DNA of 64,000 nt, taken from NCBI GenBank assembly GCA_963724295.1, contig CAVRUC010000010.1:128001-192000 (forward strand), in the 5' to 3' direction. Position 1 is the stretch's first letter; the number at the start of each line of letters is the position of its first letter. Below are positions 1 through 9,990 of the stretch, piece after piece. The translations under genes were made by a program, and so were the position numbers. Source of the stretch: an uncultured Chloroflexia bacterium. Its GTDB lineage: Bacteria > Chloroflexota > Chloroflexia > Thermomicrobiales > UBA6265. The notes under the pieces were generated by a model. That model was not told the origin of the DNA. It did not search any database and saw nothing but the letters and a program-made list of their open reading frames with translations.

Positions 1-189
1 CAAGTCGAGCAGCCGGGGGTCGTCGGCGGGAAGCGTCAACACATGAGCGGCAAGCTCCTCGAGCGCGGCCGCGGTGCGGAGATTCCGCTCATCGCGGTCG
101 TACTCTTCCGCCTTGCGCCGGCGCCAGGCAGCGGTCGAGCGGCAGAACTCCGCCAGCGAGAGCTGGAACCGGGACGGACCCGAGTCCAT
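1..189 (-). CDS. Hypothetical protein, runs off the window edge (MDSGPSRFQLSLAEFCRSTAAWRRRKAEEY...)
   Basis: ATG at 189 lies 1 nt after the stop of the upstream minus-strand ORF; the frame is open to position 1 with GC-rich codons. Translated by hand; not in the ORF track. Confidence 0.55.
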   Translation of the reverse strand, partial: MDSGPSRFQLSLAEFCRSTAAWRRRKAEEYDRDERNLRTAAALEELAAHVLTLPADDPRLLDL

Positions 190-190
190 G

Positions 191-454
191 CTACGTGTCA
201 TTCCCGGTGAATACCCCGCGGTCGAGCAGATACCGGGCGATGTAGGCGTTATTGGCGTCCAGCAGTTTGATCGCATAGGAGGAGGCTGCCCGCGCCGCGG
301 CAAACCCGGCCGATTCGAGCTCCTCCTCAACGGTCGTCCCGCGTGCCGCGGCGGCTTCGGCGGCTTCCTCGGTCAGGAGCACCTCGAGATAGGCGTGCAT
401 CTCTTCCGCCGTCATCCCGATCGTGTCACGCGCCCCCGTTGCTGCCTCTCCCAC
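191..454 (-). CDS. Small helical hypothetical protein (~87 aa)
   Basis: 3' part of track ORF 191..733; GTG at 454 preceded by GGGAGG RBS; natural-looking amphipathic sequence. Confidence 0.6.
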   Translation of the reverse strand: MGEAATGARDTIGMTAEEMHAYLEVLLTEEAAEAAAARGTTVEEELESAGFAAARAASSYAIKLLDANNAYIARYLLDRGVFTGNDT

Positions 455-541
455 GATGACCTCCCGCCTCGCCAAGCGTCCGTGCCGGGCGATGGTAGCA
501 CCCGACCGCGCCGCGTTTGTGCCACGGGTCCAAGGGGCGCT

Positions 542-550
542 TGCTATACT
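542..550 (+). promoter_or_regulatory. Extended -10 element (TGcTATACT) upstream of ferredoxin
   Basis: Matches TGnTATAAT-like consensus; the same motif occurs upstream of ftsZ. Confidence 0.4.
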
Positions 551-656
551 CGCGACGCCCGCGAGTTCGTCGACGACGAGCGCATGTGCGGTCCGCAGCG
601 GGTCCGTAGCGCACCCACTCTCACGACCCGGAAAATCGGGTGAGGAGCGATGTGCC

Positions 657-902
657 GTGGCGTATGTGATCGCCCAGCCATGCATCGGCGTCAAGGACAA
701 TAGCTGTGTCGAGGTCTGTCCTGTCGACTGCATCCATTCGACGGACGACGCCGATCAGTACTTCATCAACCCGGACGAGTGCATCGACTGCGGTGTCTGC
801 GCCGAGGTCTGCCCGGTCGAGGCCATCTTCTTCGAGGATGACCTGCCCGAGCAGTGGGCATCATTCACGCTTGTCAACGCCGAGTTCTTCAAGAACCGCT
901 AG
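657..902 (+). CDS. fdxA: 7Fe-type ([3Fe-4S]/[4Fe-4S]) ferredoxin
   Basis: MAYVIAQPCIGVKDNSCVEVCPVDCIH...INPDECIDCGVCAEVCPVEAIF; GAGGAG RBS before GTG 657. Confidence 0.92.
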   Translation: MAYVIAQPCIGVKDNSCVEVCPVDCIHSTDDADQYFINPDECIDCGVCAEVCPVEAIFFEDDLPEQWASFTLVNAEFFKNR

Positions 903-1028
903 CGAATTCACTTCGAAACGTCGCGCCCTGGGATTGCGATTGCGGTCCACGCGAATTTGCTCCTCCAGGGAGCGCGATCCCGAGAATAGTGGGACTCCGG
1001 ACCGGAGACCTTCTGTCTCGCCCGTAGA

Positions 1029-1877
1029 ATGCGGGACCGTGCCACTCGCGCTACGCCTGAGAGTCGGGAGACGGGCATAGACGGGCCGCGATTGAGCGAC
1101 GTCGCGCGCCAATTCGCCAATGTCTTCGCGGCGATCTTCCAGGTCTATGCGTCGTACACCGTCGGATCCTCTGTTGGCGCCATCGCCCAGGAATACCGCT
1201 CCTCGATCCTCCCCGCCACGTACGCCTTCGCCATCTGGGGACCGATCTTCATCCTCTGCGGAATCTACGCGGTGTACCAGGCGCTTCCCGCACAGCGGGA
1301 GAACCCGATTTTCCGCGCGATCGGCTGGTGGACGGCGGGCGCATTTCTTGCCAATGGCGCATGGAGCTACGCGTACACCAGCCGTCAATTCCTGCTGGCC
1401 CAGGCGATCATCGTTGCCGGCGTGGTCCTGGCCGGGGGCGCGTATTTCCACGTTGTGGGCGGGGTGCCCGCCGCCCGCCTGACACATATCGACAATTGGC
1501 TCGTCGGGCCTACACTCGGACTGCTGTTTGGGTGGCTTACCGCCGCCAGTGCCGTCGGTCTGGCGGGGACGCTCATCGCCAGGGGTTTTGCCGCGAGCGG
1601 TCAGGGTGCGGAAATCCGGGACGCGGCTCTCCTGCTCCTGAGCGGTGCGGTGGCCTTCCTTGTCATCCGTGCGTCCCGGCAGGGACCGTACGGCGCCTGG
1701 GTGTCCTTTAGCGCGGCAGTGCTCTGGGCTCTTGTGGCCATCATCGTCGAGCAGCGGTCGACCTCGATCATCACGACCGCAACGGCGGTCGTCATCGCGG
1801 TCATCGTGCTGTTCGCGGCATTCGGAGCCCGGGGAACGCCTACCCGGCCGCCTGGGCGGTCCGCGCCAGCAGTCTAG
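1029..1877 (+). CDS. Multi-pass membrane protein, tryptophan-rich sensory protein (TspO-related)-like
   Basis: About 8 hydrophobic helices; ILPATYAFAIWGPIF motif typical of this family. Confidence 0.65.
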   Translation: MRDRATRATPESRETGIDGPRLSDVARQFANVFAAIFQVYASYTVGSSVGAIAQEYRSSILPATYAFAIWGPIFILCGIYAVYQALPAQRENPIFRAIGWWTAGAFLANGAWSYAYTSRQFLLAQAIIVAGVVLAGGAYFHVVGGVPAARLTHIDNWLVGPTLGLLFGWLTAASAVGLAGTLIARGFAASGQGAEIRDAALLLLSGAVAFLVIRASRQGPYGAWVSFSAAVLWALVAIIVEQRSTSIITTATAVVIAVIVLFAAFGARGTPTRPPGRSAPAV

Positions 1878-4138
1878 AGCTCGTCCACGGGCATGGTTGC
1901 CCGCCAGATTTCCTCGCCGGATACCCAGTAGACGGTCCCGTTCAGCTCGTCAATCGCCAGGTCTTCCGCACTGGCGAGCGTCACCGCCGCGGCATGGCCC
2001 ACCAGATCACCCGGCAACGGCGCCGGCGTGAGATATTGCCGGGCTTCGCCCGAGGCATCAATCCGGACGATGCGGCCCGCGTTCTCCCCAATCGTCCCGT
2101 TGCGATCCACGATGTAGAAGTCATTGGCAAACGGGGCATCCGCCAGAAATGCCACATCGCCCAGGGAAGGCACGACGAAGGGGGAGACCGTGCCCGCGAG
2201 TGCTCCCCGCGAGAAGGTCAGCATCCGGCCATCGTCGAGGAGCACGTGAATCCGCCCGTCGATGGCGAAGTCGCGGGCATTCTCCAGATCGGGAACGTCC
2301 TCGACAGCCGCCCAGACGTCCACCCGCGAGCCATTGGCCGCTTGATCGAAGCGGATGAGGTTTCCGTCCCGGGAAAGACCATAGGCTGCGTCACCCCAGG
2401 TGATCACCGGCGCATCGGGCCGCAGTTCGTCGCCCTCGGTCATCGCGAGCGGCCGGCGCTGCCATCGACCTAGTTCGTCGCGCATATAGGTCGCGGCGCC
2501 GTCGGAGGCGACGACCTGGCCGCCGTCGATGGAGACATGGCGGATATCGCCGGCGGATCCGCCGCCGACGGCATCTCCATGCGCCAACAGGGTAACGAGT
2601 CGTCCCTCTTCCGAATCGAGCTCGTAGAGATTCCCCGCCGCGAGGTACAGCGTCTCGCCCGCGAGGGCCAGCCGCACCGACCCTTCGCGGGCTTCAGCCG
2701 GCAGTGCGCCCACCCGCTCGACGTCGCCCAGGCGCAGGAGGCGCCACACGTCGTCGCGCATGCTTGCCAGTTCCTGCTCCCGGCGCACCAGATCATCGCC
2801 AGCCGCACCCGCGTCGCGCGCCGCACTGACGGCGACTTCAGCCTCGGCAATCGATGTCATCGCCGTGCCGGGGTTATCCCGCGCCCACATCAAGGCCGTG
2901 TCGACTGCCACCAGCGCGGCGCCGGCTCGCGCCTCACGCTCCCGCTGTTGCTCGAGTGCGACACCCGTGCCGCCAATAGCAACGAACAGAAACAACGTGA
3001 CCGCGAGGAGTCGCGCGGGGACGTGAATGCCGGGCCCCCGGGGCAAATTCGCTCGCCACTCGGCCGGCAACCCGGACGATTCGCGATACCGGCGAACGCT
3101 CATCGCTCCGGGCGCGGCCAGTGCCGTTCGACGCGCGACAGAGGCGGTTGCACGCTGCTGGCGGCTTCCCGAGAATAGCTCGGCCAGGTCGATGACCCAG
3201 TCACGTAGCCCTTCGAACATCGGTGGCCGCTCTTCGAAAGCCGGCGGCATCACCGCTGGTCTTTCGGCGCTTGCGGCGGCCGCGATGACGGTGTCGGTCT
3301 GGGCCAGCGTAGACAGCTGCGCGGCACTCCCTGCCGCGGAAGATGACGTCGCCCTCGTCGCTCCGCGAGCAAATCGCGGCTGCAAGCGCGGGCGCAGGCG
3401 CGAGCGGCCCGGCAGTCGGGAGATGGAGGCCACGATGGCAAATGCGTCGGCCACGTCGTGCGCTGTCAGGAGGCGTTCCAGGCGATCGGCCGAGCCTTCG
3501 AGATCTCGAGTCAGGAGCTCCCCGCCAAAGAGGTCGACGACGGCCTGCTCGTCACGAGCCAACGCTCGCCCCAGACTCGTGGCACAGAGCACGATGAGGT
3601 CACCGGGCGCCGCCTCGGAATGGTAGAGCCGCGGTGTTGGCTCGTCGCCAAACCCGAGCGGATGCGATTCGGAGACTGACGCATCGGGTGCGTAGTCGCC
3701 TCGCCACGAGGCAACGTCGGGGAAGGCATAGACCTGGCCATCTTGAACGAGGATCGCCTGCGATGGCGACGCTTGAGCGACGACAACCTCCCGGCCAGCC
3801 AGCGCAACCGCGGTTGCACCGACGTAAATACGACGCTCCCAGCGCCCGGTCGCAAGCGGGCGATTCTGGGCCATGACCGCCGCGTTGGCCGCGGCGAAGG
3901 CTGCGGCGAGCGCTTCAGCAGCAGTTCCCGCTGTCGCGGCAAAGGTCTCGCGGATCGCACGCAGGGCAACCGCGGCGAGCTCCATGCCGCGCGGCGACAA
4001 TTCGATCGGCTCGACACAGGCAAGCAGAACCCGGCCAAACCGATCTGGAACCGGGGCGACAGAGGCGACCCCGGCGGTGTCTGCCGCCGATCCATCAGAC
4101 AGTGCGAAACCGACCGCGGTCACGCTGGCGCGGCCCAT
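1874..4138 (-). CDS. Membrane-anchored protein: degenerate PP2C-like N-terminal domain, TM helix, helical stalk, C-terminal beta-propeller
   Basis: 754 aa; GATAVAL...HPLG...PGDLIVLCATSL resembles the PP2C fold; TM LLAVTLFLFVAIGGTGVAL; propeller-like repeats (DFAIDGRIHVL, DLAIDE..GTVYWV). Confidence 0.6.
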   Translation of the reverse strand: MGRASVTAVGFALSDGSAADTAGVASVAPVPDRFGRVLLACVEPIELSPRGMELAAVALRAIRETFAATAGTAAEALAAAFAAANAAVMAQNRPLATGRWERRIYVGATAVALAGREVVVAQASPSQAILVQDGQVYAFPDVASWRGDYAPDASVSESHPLGFGDEPTPRLYHSEAAPGDLIVLCATSLGRALARDEQAVVDLFGGELLTRDLEGSADRLERLLTAHDVADAFAIVASISRLPGRSRLRPRLQPRFARGATRATSSSAAGSAAQLSTLAQTDTVIAAAASAERPAVMPPAFEERPPMFEGLRDWVIDLAELFSGSRQQRATASVARRTALAAPGAMSVRRYRESSGLPAEWRANLPRGPGIHVPARLLAVTLFLFVAIGGTGVALEQQREREARAGAALVAVDTALMWARDNPGTAMTSIAEAEVAVSAARDAGAAGDDLVRREQELASMRDDVWRLLRLGDVERVGALPAEAREGSVRLALAGETLYLAAGNLYELDSEEGRLVTLLAHGDAVGGGSAGDIRHVSIDGGQVVASDGAATYMRDELGRWQRRPLAMTEGDELRPDAPVITWGDAAYGLSRDGNLIRFDQAANGSRVDVWAAVEDVPDLENARDFAIDGRIHVLLDDGRMLTFSRGALAGTVSPFVVPSLGDVAFLADAPFANDFYIVDRNGTIGENAGRIVRIDASGEARQYLTPAPLPGDLVGHAAAVTLASAEDLAIDELNGTVYWVSGEEIWRATMPVDEL

Positions 4139-4292
4139 TGGCCTTCACCTCCCCGGCCACAACCGGGGCGACGGACTATGCGGCGAAGCGATGACCGGAA
4201 GGGGGCATCCGGGATCCTCGCGCGCGGAGTTGGGACGGTGCTGTCGGGTGCCACCGAGTGTAGCAGCAGCTTGTACGTACGTCTATGGTTGG

Positions 4293-4338
4293 AGTCGGTA
4301 AGTCGGTGAGTCGGTGAGTCGGTGAGTCGGTAAGTCGG
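4293..4338. repeat. Tandem octamer array (AGTCGGTR) x ~5.75
   Basis: agtcggta agtcggtg agtcggtg agtcggtg agtcggta agtcgg read directly. Confidence 0.95.
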
Positions 4339-4405
4339 ATGCGCGGCGGTTCTAGCTCCCCTCGCATGGAGTTAGGAAAGCGAGTCTGGAGCGGGACAGT
4401 CTTCG

Positions 4406-6583
4406 CTAGAGCGGAGGGAGGGTCGTCTCCCGGAACACCGCGTCGCCGGAGCTCTCTGACCCGCTTTCGGTTGGGGGCGGCTCCGCCTCGGTCACCTCGG
4501 TGCCTGGTTCGACGCGAGGTTCCCGCTGGCCCACTGCCTCGCGGCGATGGGAAGGGCTGACGGTGGCTGGCCGGGACGGCTCCAGTGGACCGATTCCGGC
4601 CAGCAGGTCGTCGGCCCGTCGCGCCAGACTCGCCCCCCGGGCGCCCATGCGGCGAGCGGCGGCGCTGGCTTCGTGGAGCATCTGGCTTCCTTCGACCCGG
4701 GCTCCCTGACTGATCAGCATCTGGCCGAGACCGAGGGCGGCCTGCGCTTCACCGGCTGGATCGCTCCCGGCTCGCGCCTGGTTCAGCGCGCGGCGATACG
4801 TCACCGCGGCGGCAGGATCCTTGAGCGCGGCCTGCGCACCCGCCAGAGCGGAGAGTGCCTGTGCCTGAACCGCGGGCTGCCCCATGGTCTCAGCCAGCGC
4901 GACACCCCTCGTGAAGTGGTCCAGCGCGGCTGTCGTGTCGCCCCGGCTCATCGCCAGTCGACCCAACCGGATACGCAATCGCGTCTCGGTGAGACGATCG
5001 TTTCCCATCGCGGCCAGTTGCAGCGCTTGTTCGCCAAAAGCGATCGCGGCTGGAAGCTGACCGGTCTCCGCGGCCAGCGCCGACAGGAGATTGAGCAAAT
5101 CGATCTGCTCTTCAGTTTGGCCGAGGCGCCGGTTGAGCCCGTAGGCGTGCGTGTAGCACTCCTTGGCGCGGGCTGTCTGCCCGCCTCCAGCGTACATCCG
5201 CCCCAGCTGCGTCAGGATGTTCGCCTGCAACCCGAAATCTTCCACGCGCTGCGCCGCGGCCAGCGCATCGGAGAGGGCGCGCATCGCCTCTTGCGGTTGC
5301 TCGAATCGCCACAAGACCTGGCCAAGGGTTGCCAGCCAGCGTGCCTCGTGACGGCGATCACGCGCCGCCCGGGCCAGATCGAGCGCACGCATCAGATGTT
5401 CGAGGCTCTCCGAACGGCGCCCGGCCCGGGCGTAGGCCATTCCGATCCCGCCCAGTGTCCGCTGTTCGAGCGAGACATCGCCCGCGGCGGTGGCCAGCTC
5501 CAGCCCGCGGCCGAAGGCATCCAGCGCGGCGGGAACGTCATCCAGATCGAGCAGCGAGGTTCCCATGCGAATCGCCCATTCGGCCGCCGCGGCCCGGTTG
5601 CCGCGCCGGTCCTCGAGCGTGGCCAGATCTCGCTCGTGCCCGGCCGCGGCCGCGATCCGGCCCCGGGAGTGCTCGATCTCCGCCAGCGTAGTGAGGCAGC
5701 GGCCCTCCATCGCCAGGTCGCCGATCTGGCGACTGACCGTCAGACCCTCCTCGAGTTGGGTAACCGCTTCCGGGATCTTGCCGTTGCGGCGCAGAGTCTC
5801 GGCCAGACTGATCACGATCCGGCTTTGCAGACCGAGATCGGCCGTGCGACGCGCGGCTTCTGACGCCTGCCGTTGCAATGCGGCCATCGTCTCGAGATCG
5901 GTGTTGCGAGGCAGCATCTCGATCTGCCGCACGAGCGCTTCCGCGATACCGTGCTGGTAGTCGAGTCGTTGCGCGCCGCGGCCGGCGCGGCGGAAGAGCG
6001 CCTGGGCCTCGGTGCGCTCTCCCTCCTTGCGCAGGAGATCGCCGAGGGCGAGCGCGGCATTGACCTCGGCGATGTCATCGTCTTCCTCATCGCCAAGCTC
6101 GAGCTGTTGCCGCAGCAAGGCGCGCGCGCGCTCCGTATCGCCCGCGTCGAGCGCGCGCAGACCGAGCCGGCTCAGCGCGGCGCGACCACCCTCGACGTAT
6201 CCCGCCCGCTGCGCGACCGCGTAGGCGTCCCGCAGCAGTCGCTCACGTTCATGGCTGGGATCGTCACCGGGAAGAAGGGTATCGAGTCGCAGCGCGGCAT
6301 CGACGATCTGGTCATCGAAGCCCTTGGCGCGCGCCGCGGCATAGGTCAGTCGCGCCAGCACGACGGCATACTCGCGGTCCTCATCGGCCTGCTCTTCGAT
6401 CACCAGATCGAGTCCTTCGAAATCCTCAGCCGAGAGGCGATCGAGCACGGCGGGATCCCGGATCTCCGCCAGACCACCCTGAACCGATCGCTGGCGGTCA
6501 GTGACCTCCCGCGCGATGAGGAGCACCGTGTCGCCCGCGCTGTCCCGGCGCCGAAATCCCAGCCAGTCTCGCAATGACGTCAC
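4406..6583 (-). CDS. Tetratricopeptide-repeat (TPR) protein
   Basis: 725 aa with many ~40-aa helical repeats (LG..Y...G....A......AL); start overlaps upstream stop (GTGA). Confidence 0.85.
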   Translation of the reverse strand: MTSLRDWLGFRRRDSAGDTVLLIAREVTDRQRSVQGGLAEIRDPAVLDRLSAEDFEGLDLVIEEQADEDREYAVVLARLTYAAARAKGFDDQIVDAALRLDTLLPGDDPSHERERLLRDAYAVAQRAGYVEGGRAALSRLGLRALDAGDTERARALLRQQLELGDEEDDDIAEVNAALALGDLLRKEGERTEAQALFRRAGRGAQRLDYQHGIAEALVRQIEMLPRNTDLETMAALQRQASEAARRTADLGLQSRIVISLAETLRRNGKIPEAVTQLEEGLTVSRQIGDLAMEGRCLTTLAEIEHSRGRIAAAAGHERDLATLEDRRGNRAAAAEWAIRMGTSLLDLDDVPAALDAFGRGLELATAAGDVSLEQRTLGGIGMAYARAGRRSESLEHLMRALDLARAARDRRHEARWLATLGQVLWRFEQPQEAMRALSDALAAAQRVEDFGLQANILTQLGRMYAGGGQTARAKECYTHAYGLNRRLGQTEEQIDLLNLLSALAAETGQLPAAIAFGEQALQLAAMGNDRLTETRLRIRLGRLAMSRGDTTAALDHFTRGVALAETMGQPAVQAQALSALAGAQAALKDPAAAVTYRRALNQARAGSDPAGEAQAALGLGQMLISQGARVEGSQMLHEASAAARRMGARGASLARRADDLLAGIGPLEPSRPATVSPSHRREAVGQREPRVEPGTEVTEAEPPPTESGSESSGDAVFRETTLPPL

Positions 6584-7704
6584 CAGGCATGCTCCATCGC
6601 GAGCGTCTCCGCCAAGGCGTCGAGGGTAAGATTTCCCCCCGATACGACAATGCCAACCTTCTGACCCGCTAATTCCTCCCGCATGGCGTATGCCGCGGCG
6701 AGGGCGGCCGCGCCGGCTCCCTCGGCGAGCACCCGCGCCGTCTCGAGCAGGGTCAGGATGCCGCGGCGCATTTCCGCGTCCGAGACGAGTCGAAAATCAT
6801 CCAAACGCTGCCAGAGGATCTGAGCCGGGAGGCTGAACGCGACCCGCGTGGCCAGCCCCTCCGCGAACGTATCCGCCCGCTCGATCTCTTGCAGCTGACC
6901 GCTACGCCAGGTCTCATAGACGACCGGGGCGCCGGCTGCCTGCACGCCAATGACACGCAGCTGAGGCAAGAGAGTCTTGCCGGCAAGGCAGGCGCCGGAC
7001 AGCCCGGAACCGCCGCCGGCGGGGACGATCAGCACATCCAGATCTGGCACAGCCTCCAGCATCTCTACGGTATACGTCGCGACACCCGCAATCAGACGCC
7101 AATCATTTGCTGGCGGGACAAGGTGCGCGCCGCGCGCCGTCGCATCGCGCTCGGCCTCGGCTCGGCTCTCGTCGAAATCCCGGCCGGCGAAACGCACCTC
7201 AGCCCCGAGTCGACGCATCGAGGCGACTTTCAATGGGTTCGCCTCATCGGGCATCCAGACGGTCGCCGGCACACCGAACTCGCGCGCCGCGTATGCGATC
7301 GACTGCCCGTGGTTGCCGGTCGACGCGGTAACGATTCCTCGTGCCCGCTCTTCCGCCGGCAGCTCGCTCAGAAGGAAGAGACCGCCGCGGACCTTGAACG
7401 CACCCATGGGTTGCAGATTCTCGCACTTGAGAAACGCCTGAAACCCAAGCAACGCGTCGAGCGCCGGGGTCGCGAGCAGGGGCGTCGGTTGCAGGTAGCG
7501 AGCGATGACCTCGCGCGCCCGGGTGACGTCGTCCATCGTCGGCAGTCGCACACCCGACAGCGGATCGACCTCCGGTAGCGGGAGCGGCGACGCGACCGAG
7601 CTATTCGATTTTCTCGTCGCCAGCGGCGTCACTCCGGCGTCCCCCACGGCGGTCTCTTGCCAGCCGCCATCCCGCGCCTTGACGCGGTAGTCCCTCACAT
7701 CCAT
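6580..7704 (-). CDS. PLP-dependent threonine/serine dehydratase family protein
   Basis: LKCENLQPMGAFKVRG, ASTGNHGQ, PAGGGSG, SGGN motifs; start codon uncertain. Confidence 0.9.
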   Translation of the reverse strand: MDVRDYRVKARDGGWQETAVGDAGVTPLATRKSNSSVASPLPLPEVDPLSGVRLPTMDDVTRAREVIARYLQPTPLLATPALDALLGFQAFLKCENLQPMGAFKVRGGLFLLSELPAEERARGIVTASTGNHGQSIAYAAREFGVPATVWMPDEANPLKVASMRRLGAEVRFAGRDFDESRAEAERDATARGAHLVPPANDWRLIAGVATYTVEMLEAVPDLDVLIVPAGGGSGLSGACLAGKTLLPQLRVIGVQAAGAPVVYETWRSGQLQEIERADTFAEGLATRVAFSLPAQILWQRLDDFRLVSDAEMRRGILTLLETARVLAEGAGAAALAAAYAMREELAGQKVGIVVSGGNLTLDALAETLAMEHAW

Positions 7705-7831
7705 GCTAGCACCGGGTTCAATGGCGGCTCTGTCACAGCGACGACGAGTGTACGTACACTATGAAGGCCGGAACGGCCCGGATCGTGACGGCATGGCAAT
7801 ATGCGCCGGCGCGTGAGGGGCGGAGTGATCG

Positions 7832-8707
7832 GTGAAGAGCGAGGCGGCCGTTTCCAGGGCGTTCGGCGACCGGTTGACTGAGATGGCGCGCGCCAACGAC
7901 AGCCTGCTCTGCGTCGGACTCGATCCGGTCCGGTCGCGGTTGCCAGGTCCGCTGGACGCTGAACCGGACGTAACCCGCGCCATCGTCAGTTTCAACACCG
8001 GTGTCATCGCGGCCACATCCGATCTCGTCTGCGCCTACAAGCCGAACCTGGGCTTCTATCTCGCCTATGGCGCCGCCGGTGTCGCCGCGCTGGAAGAGAC
8101 CCGGCGACTCATTCCCGCGCACATTCCCGTCATCCTCGACGCCAAAGTCGGCGACATTGGCACCACCGCCGAAGCCTATGCTACCGGATACTTCGACACC
8201 TGGGGTTTTGACGCCGTCACTGTCAACCCCTATCTGGGCGAGGACTCGCTGGCGCCCTTCCTTTCGCGCGGTGACCGGGGTGTGATCGTCGTCTGTAAGA
8301 CGAGCAACCCCGGCTCGGCTGATTTGCAGAACCTCTGGCTTGACGCGAGCTCCAATCGGCAGCCGCTCTACCTCACGGTCGCCGACCGCGTCGCCGCCTG
8401 GGCAGAGCGCTGGCCGGGGACACTTGGTCTCGTGGTCGGCGCGACGTACCCGGCCGAGCTCGCCGAGGTGCGCCGCCGCTGCCCTGACGCACCGATCTTG
8501 CTCCCGGGCATCGGCGCCCAGGCCGGCGATCTGGAGGCGTCGCTGCATGCCGGGCTCGACAGTCGAGGTCTGGGTCTGATCGTCTCCTCTTCCCGGTCAG
8601 TCATCTATGCCGGCAAGGACCACGGGGGTGGCTGGACGGCGGCCGTGCGGGCCGCTGCCCTGGAGCTTCGCGAGGCCATCAACAGCGTCCGGGCTGCTCG
8701 AGGCTGA
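7832..8707 (+). CDS. pyrF: Orotidine-5'-phosphate decarboxylase
   Basis: LCVGLDP, YKPN, ILDAKVGDIGTT, KTSNPGS, LVVGAT, LLPGIGAQ motifs. Confidence 0.95.
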   Translation: MKSEAAVSRAFGDRLTEMARANDSLLCVGLDPVRSRLPGPLDAEPDVTRAIVSFNTGVIAATSDLVCAYKPNLGFYLAYGAAGVAALEETRRLIPAHIPVILDAKVGDIGTTAEAYATGYFDTWGFDAVTVNPYLGEDSLAPFLSRGDRGVIVVCKTSNPGSADLQNLWLDASSNRQPLYLTVADRVAAWAERWPGTLGLVVGATYPAELAEVRRRCPDAPILLPGIGAQAGDLEASLHAGLDSRGLGLIVSSSRSVIYAGKDHGGGWTAAVRAAALELREAINSVRAARG

Positions 8708-8987
8708 TCGACTATGCCCTGGCGGCGCGCTACGCGCCTGGAGCAAGCAGCCCTTCCCGCATCACCAGATCTACGGCCAGGGTGCGGTACCCGACAGAAT
8801 CGAAGTTGCAGCGTGATGTCGCCGGAACTGACAAGCACAGCCAACTTTGCGCATGACCCCGGGGTTGGGCGAGCGCCACCGCTTTGCGGTGAACGAGGCT
8901 TGCGCGCAGAATGGGGCCGCGCGGGTGTGATGTCGGGTGGGGCAGGGGCTAGCGGCTGCTGGCGCCATCTCGTGGGGAGCGGGGCAG

Positions 8988-9983
8988 ATGGCCGTATCGG
9001 GACGCGATCACTCAGCCGAAAGAGCCACCGTCGCAGGCAGACGAGAGCGACCGCGGCGCGACCTCAACCCCGTTTTTCGCGCCGGGATTCTCGCTGTCAC
9101 CAGCAATCCGCTCGTGTCGCGCGGGGTGCGGCGCTACGGCATGCGTCTGGGCGCATCACGCTTCGTCGCCGGCGAGACATTCGCCGAGGCGATTCTTGTC
9201 CTGCGATCGCTGAATCAGAGCGGTCTGCGCACCAACACCACCCTGCTCGGCGAAGGAGTCAAGGACCCAGCCACCACCCAGGCCGTCGTCGACGAGTACA
9301 AAGCGGATCTCGACCGCATCGCGGCGGAGGGGCTGCAGACCAATATCGCACTCAAGTTGACGCATCTTGGTCTCGATCTCGATCCCGAGCTCGCCTATCG
9401 CAACGTTGCCGACGTCGTCGCGCACGCCGCGACGCACGGCAACTTCATCCGCATCGACATGGAGGAATCGGCCCGCGTCGACGACACCCTGCGCATCTAT
9501 CGCCGCCTCCGCGGCGACGGACATGACAACGTCGGGACCGTTTTGCAGTCGTACCTCTATCGCACCCCGGCCGATCTGGAGAGTCTCTTGCCGCTGTCGC
9601 CCAATCTCCGCCTGGTAAAAGGCGCCTATCTGGAGCCGGCGAGCATCGCCTACCCGCGTAAGGCAGACGTCGACCGCGCCTACATCGAACTGGCGGAGCG
9701 CATGCTGATTGACAGCGCCTTCACCGCGATCGCGACGCATGACGAACGGATCATCGATCACGTTATCGCGTTCACTCAGCGCCATGGCATTGGCACCGAC
9801 CGCTTCGAGTTTCAGATGCTCTACGGCGTGCGGCCGCAGTTTCAGCTCGACCTCGCGCGGGCCGGTCACCGTGTCCTCATCGCCACGCCCTACGGTCCGC
9901 ACTGGTACCACTATCTCATGCGCCGCCTCGCGGAACGTCCCGCGAACCTGGTCTGGTTCGCGACGAACATGGTGAGGCGGTAG
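8988..9983 (+). CDS. Monofunctional proline dehydrogenase
   Basis: RFVAGE, KLTHLGL, RIDMEES, LRLVKGAY, ATHD, EFQMLYG, YLMRRLAERPAN motifs. Confidence 0.93.
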   Translation: MAVSGRDHSAERATVAGRRERPRRDLNPVFRAGILAVTSNPLVSRGVRRYGMRLGASRFVAGETFAEAILVLRSLNQSGLRTNTTLLGEGVKDPATTQAVVDEYKADLDRIAAEGLQTNIALKLTHLGLDLDPELAYRNVADVVAHAATHGNFIRIDMEESARVDDTLRIYRRLRGDGHDNVGTVLQSYLYRTPADLESLLPLSPNLRLVKGAYLEPASIAYPRKADVDRAYIELAERMLIDSAFTAIATHDERIIDHVIAFTQRHGIGTDRFEFQMLYGVRPQFQLDLARAGHRVLIATPYGPHWYHYLMRRLAERPANLVWFATNMVRR

Positions 9984-9990
9984 CGCGCGA

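Noticed and set aside
4293..4338. Short tandem arrays as CRISPR repeats
   Set aside because: Units are 7-8 bp and contiguous, with no unique spacers and no cas genes in the window.
4547..5863. Long antisense or alternative-frame ORFs in the track (e.g. 4547..5863, 19389..20843, 31547..32875, 48677..49714, 58710..59798)
   Set aside because: Shadow ORFs expected at high GC; they overlap well-supported genes and have Arg/Gly/Pro-biased, motif-free translations.
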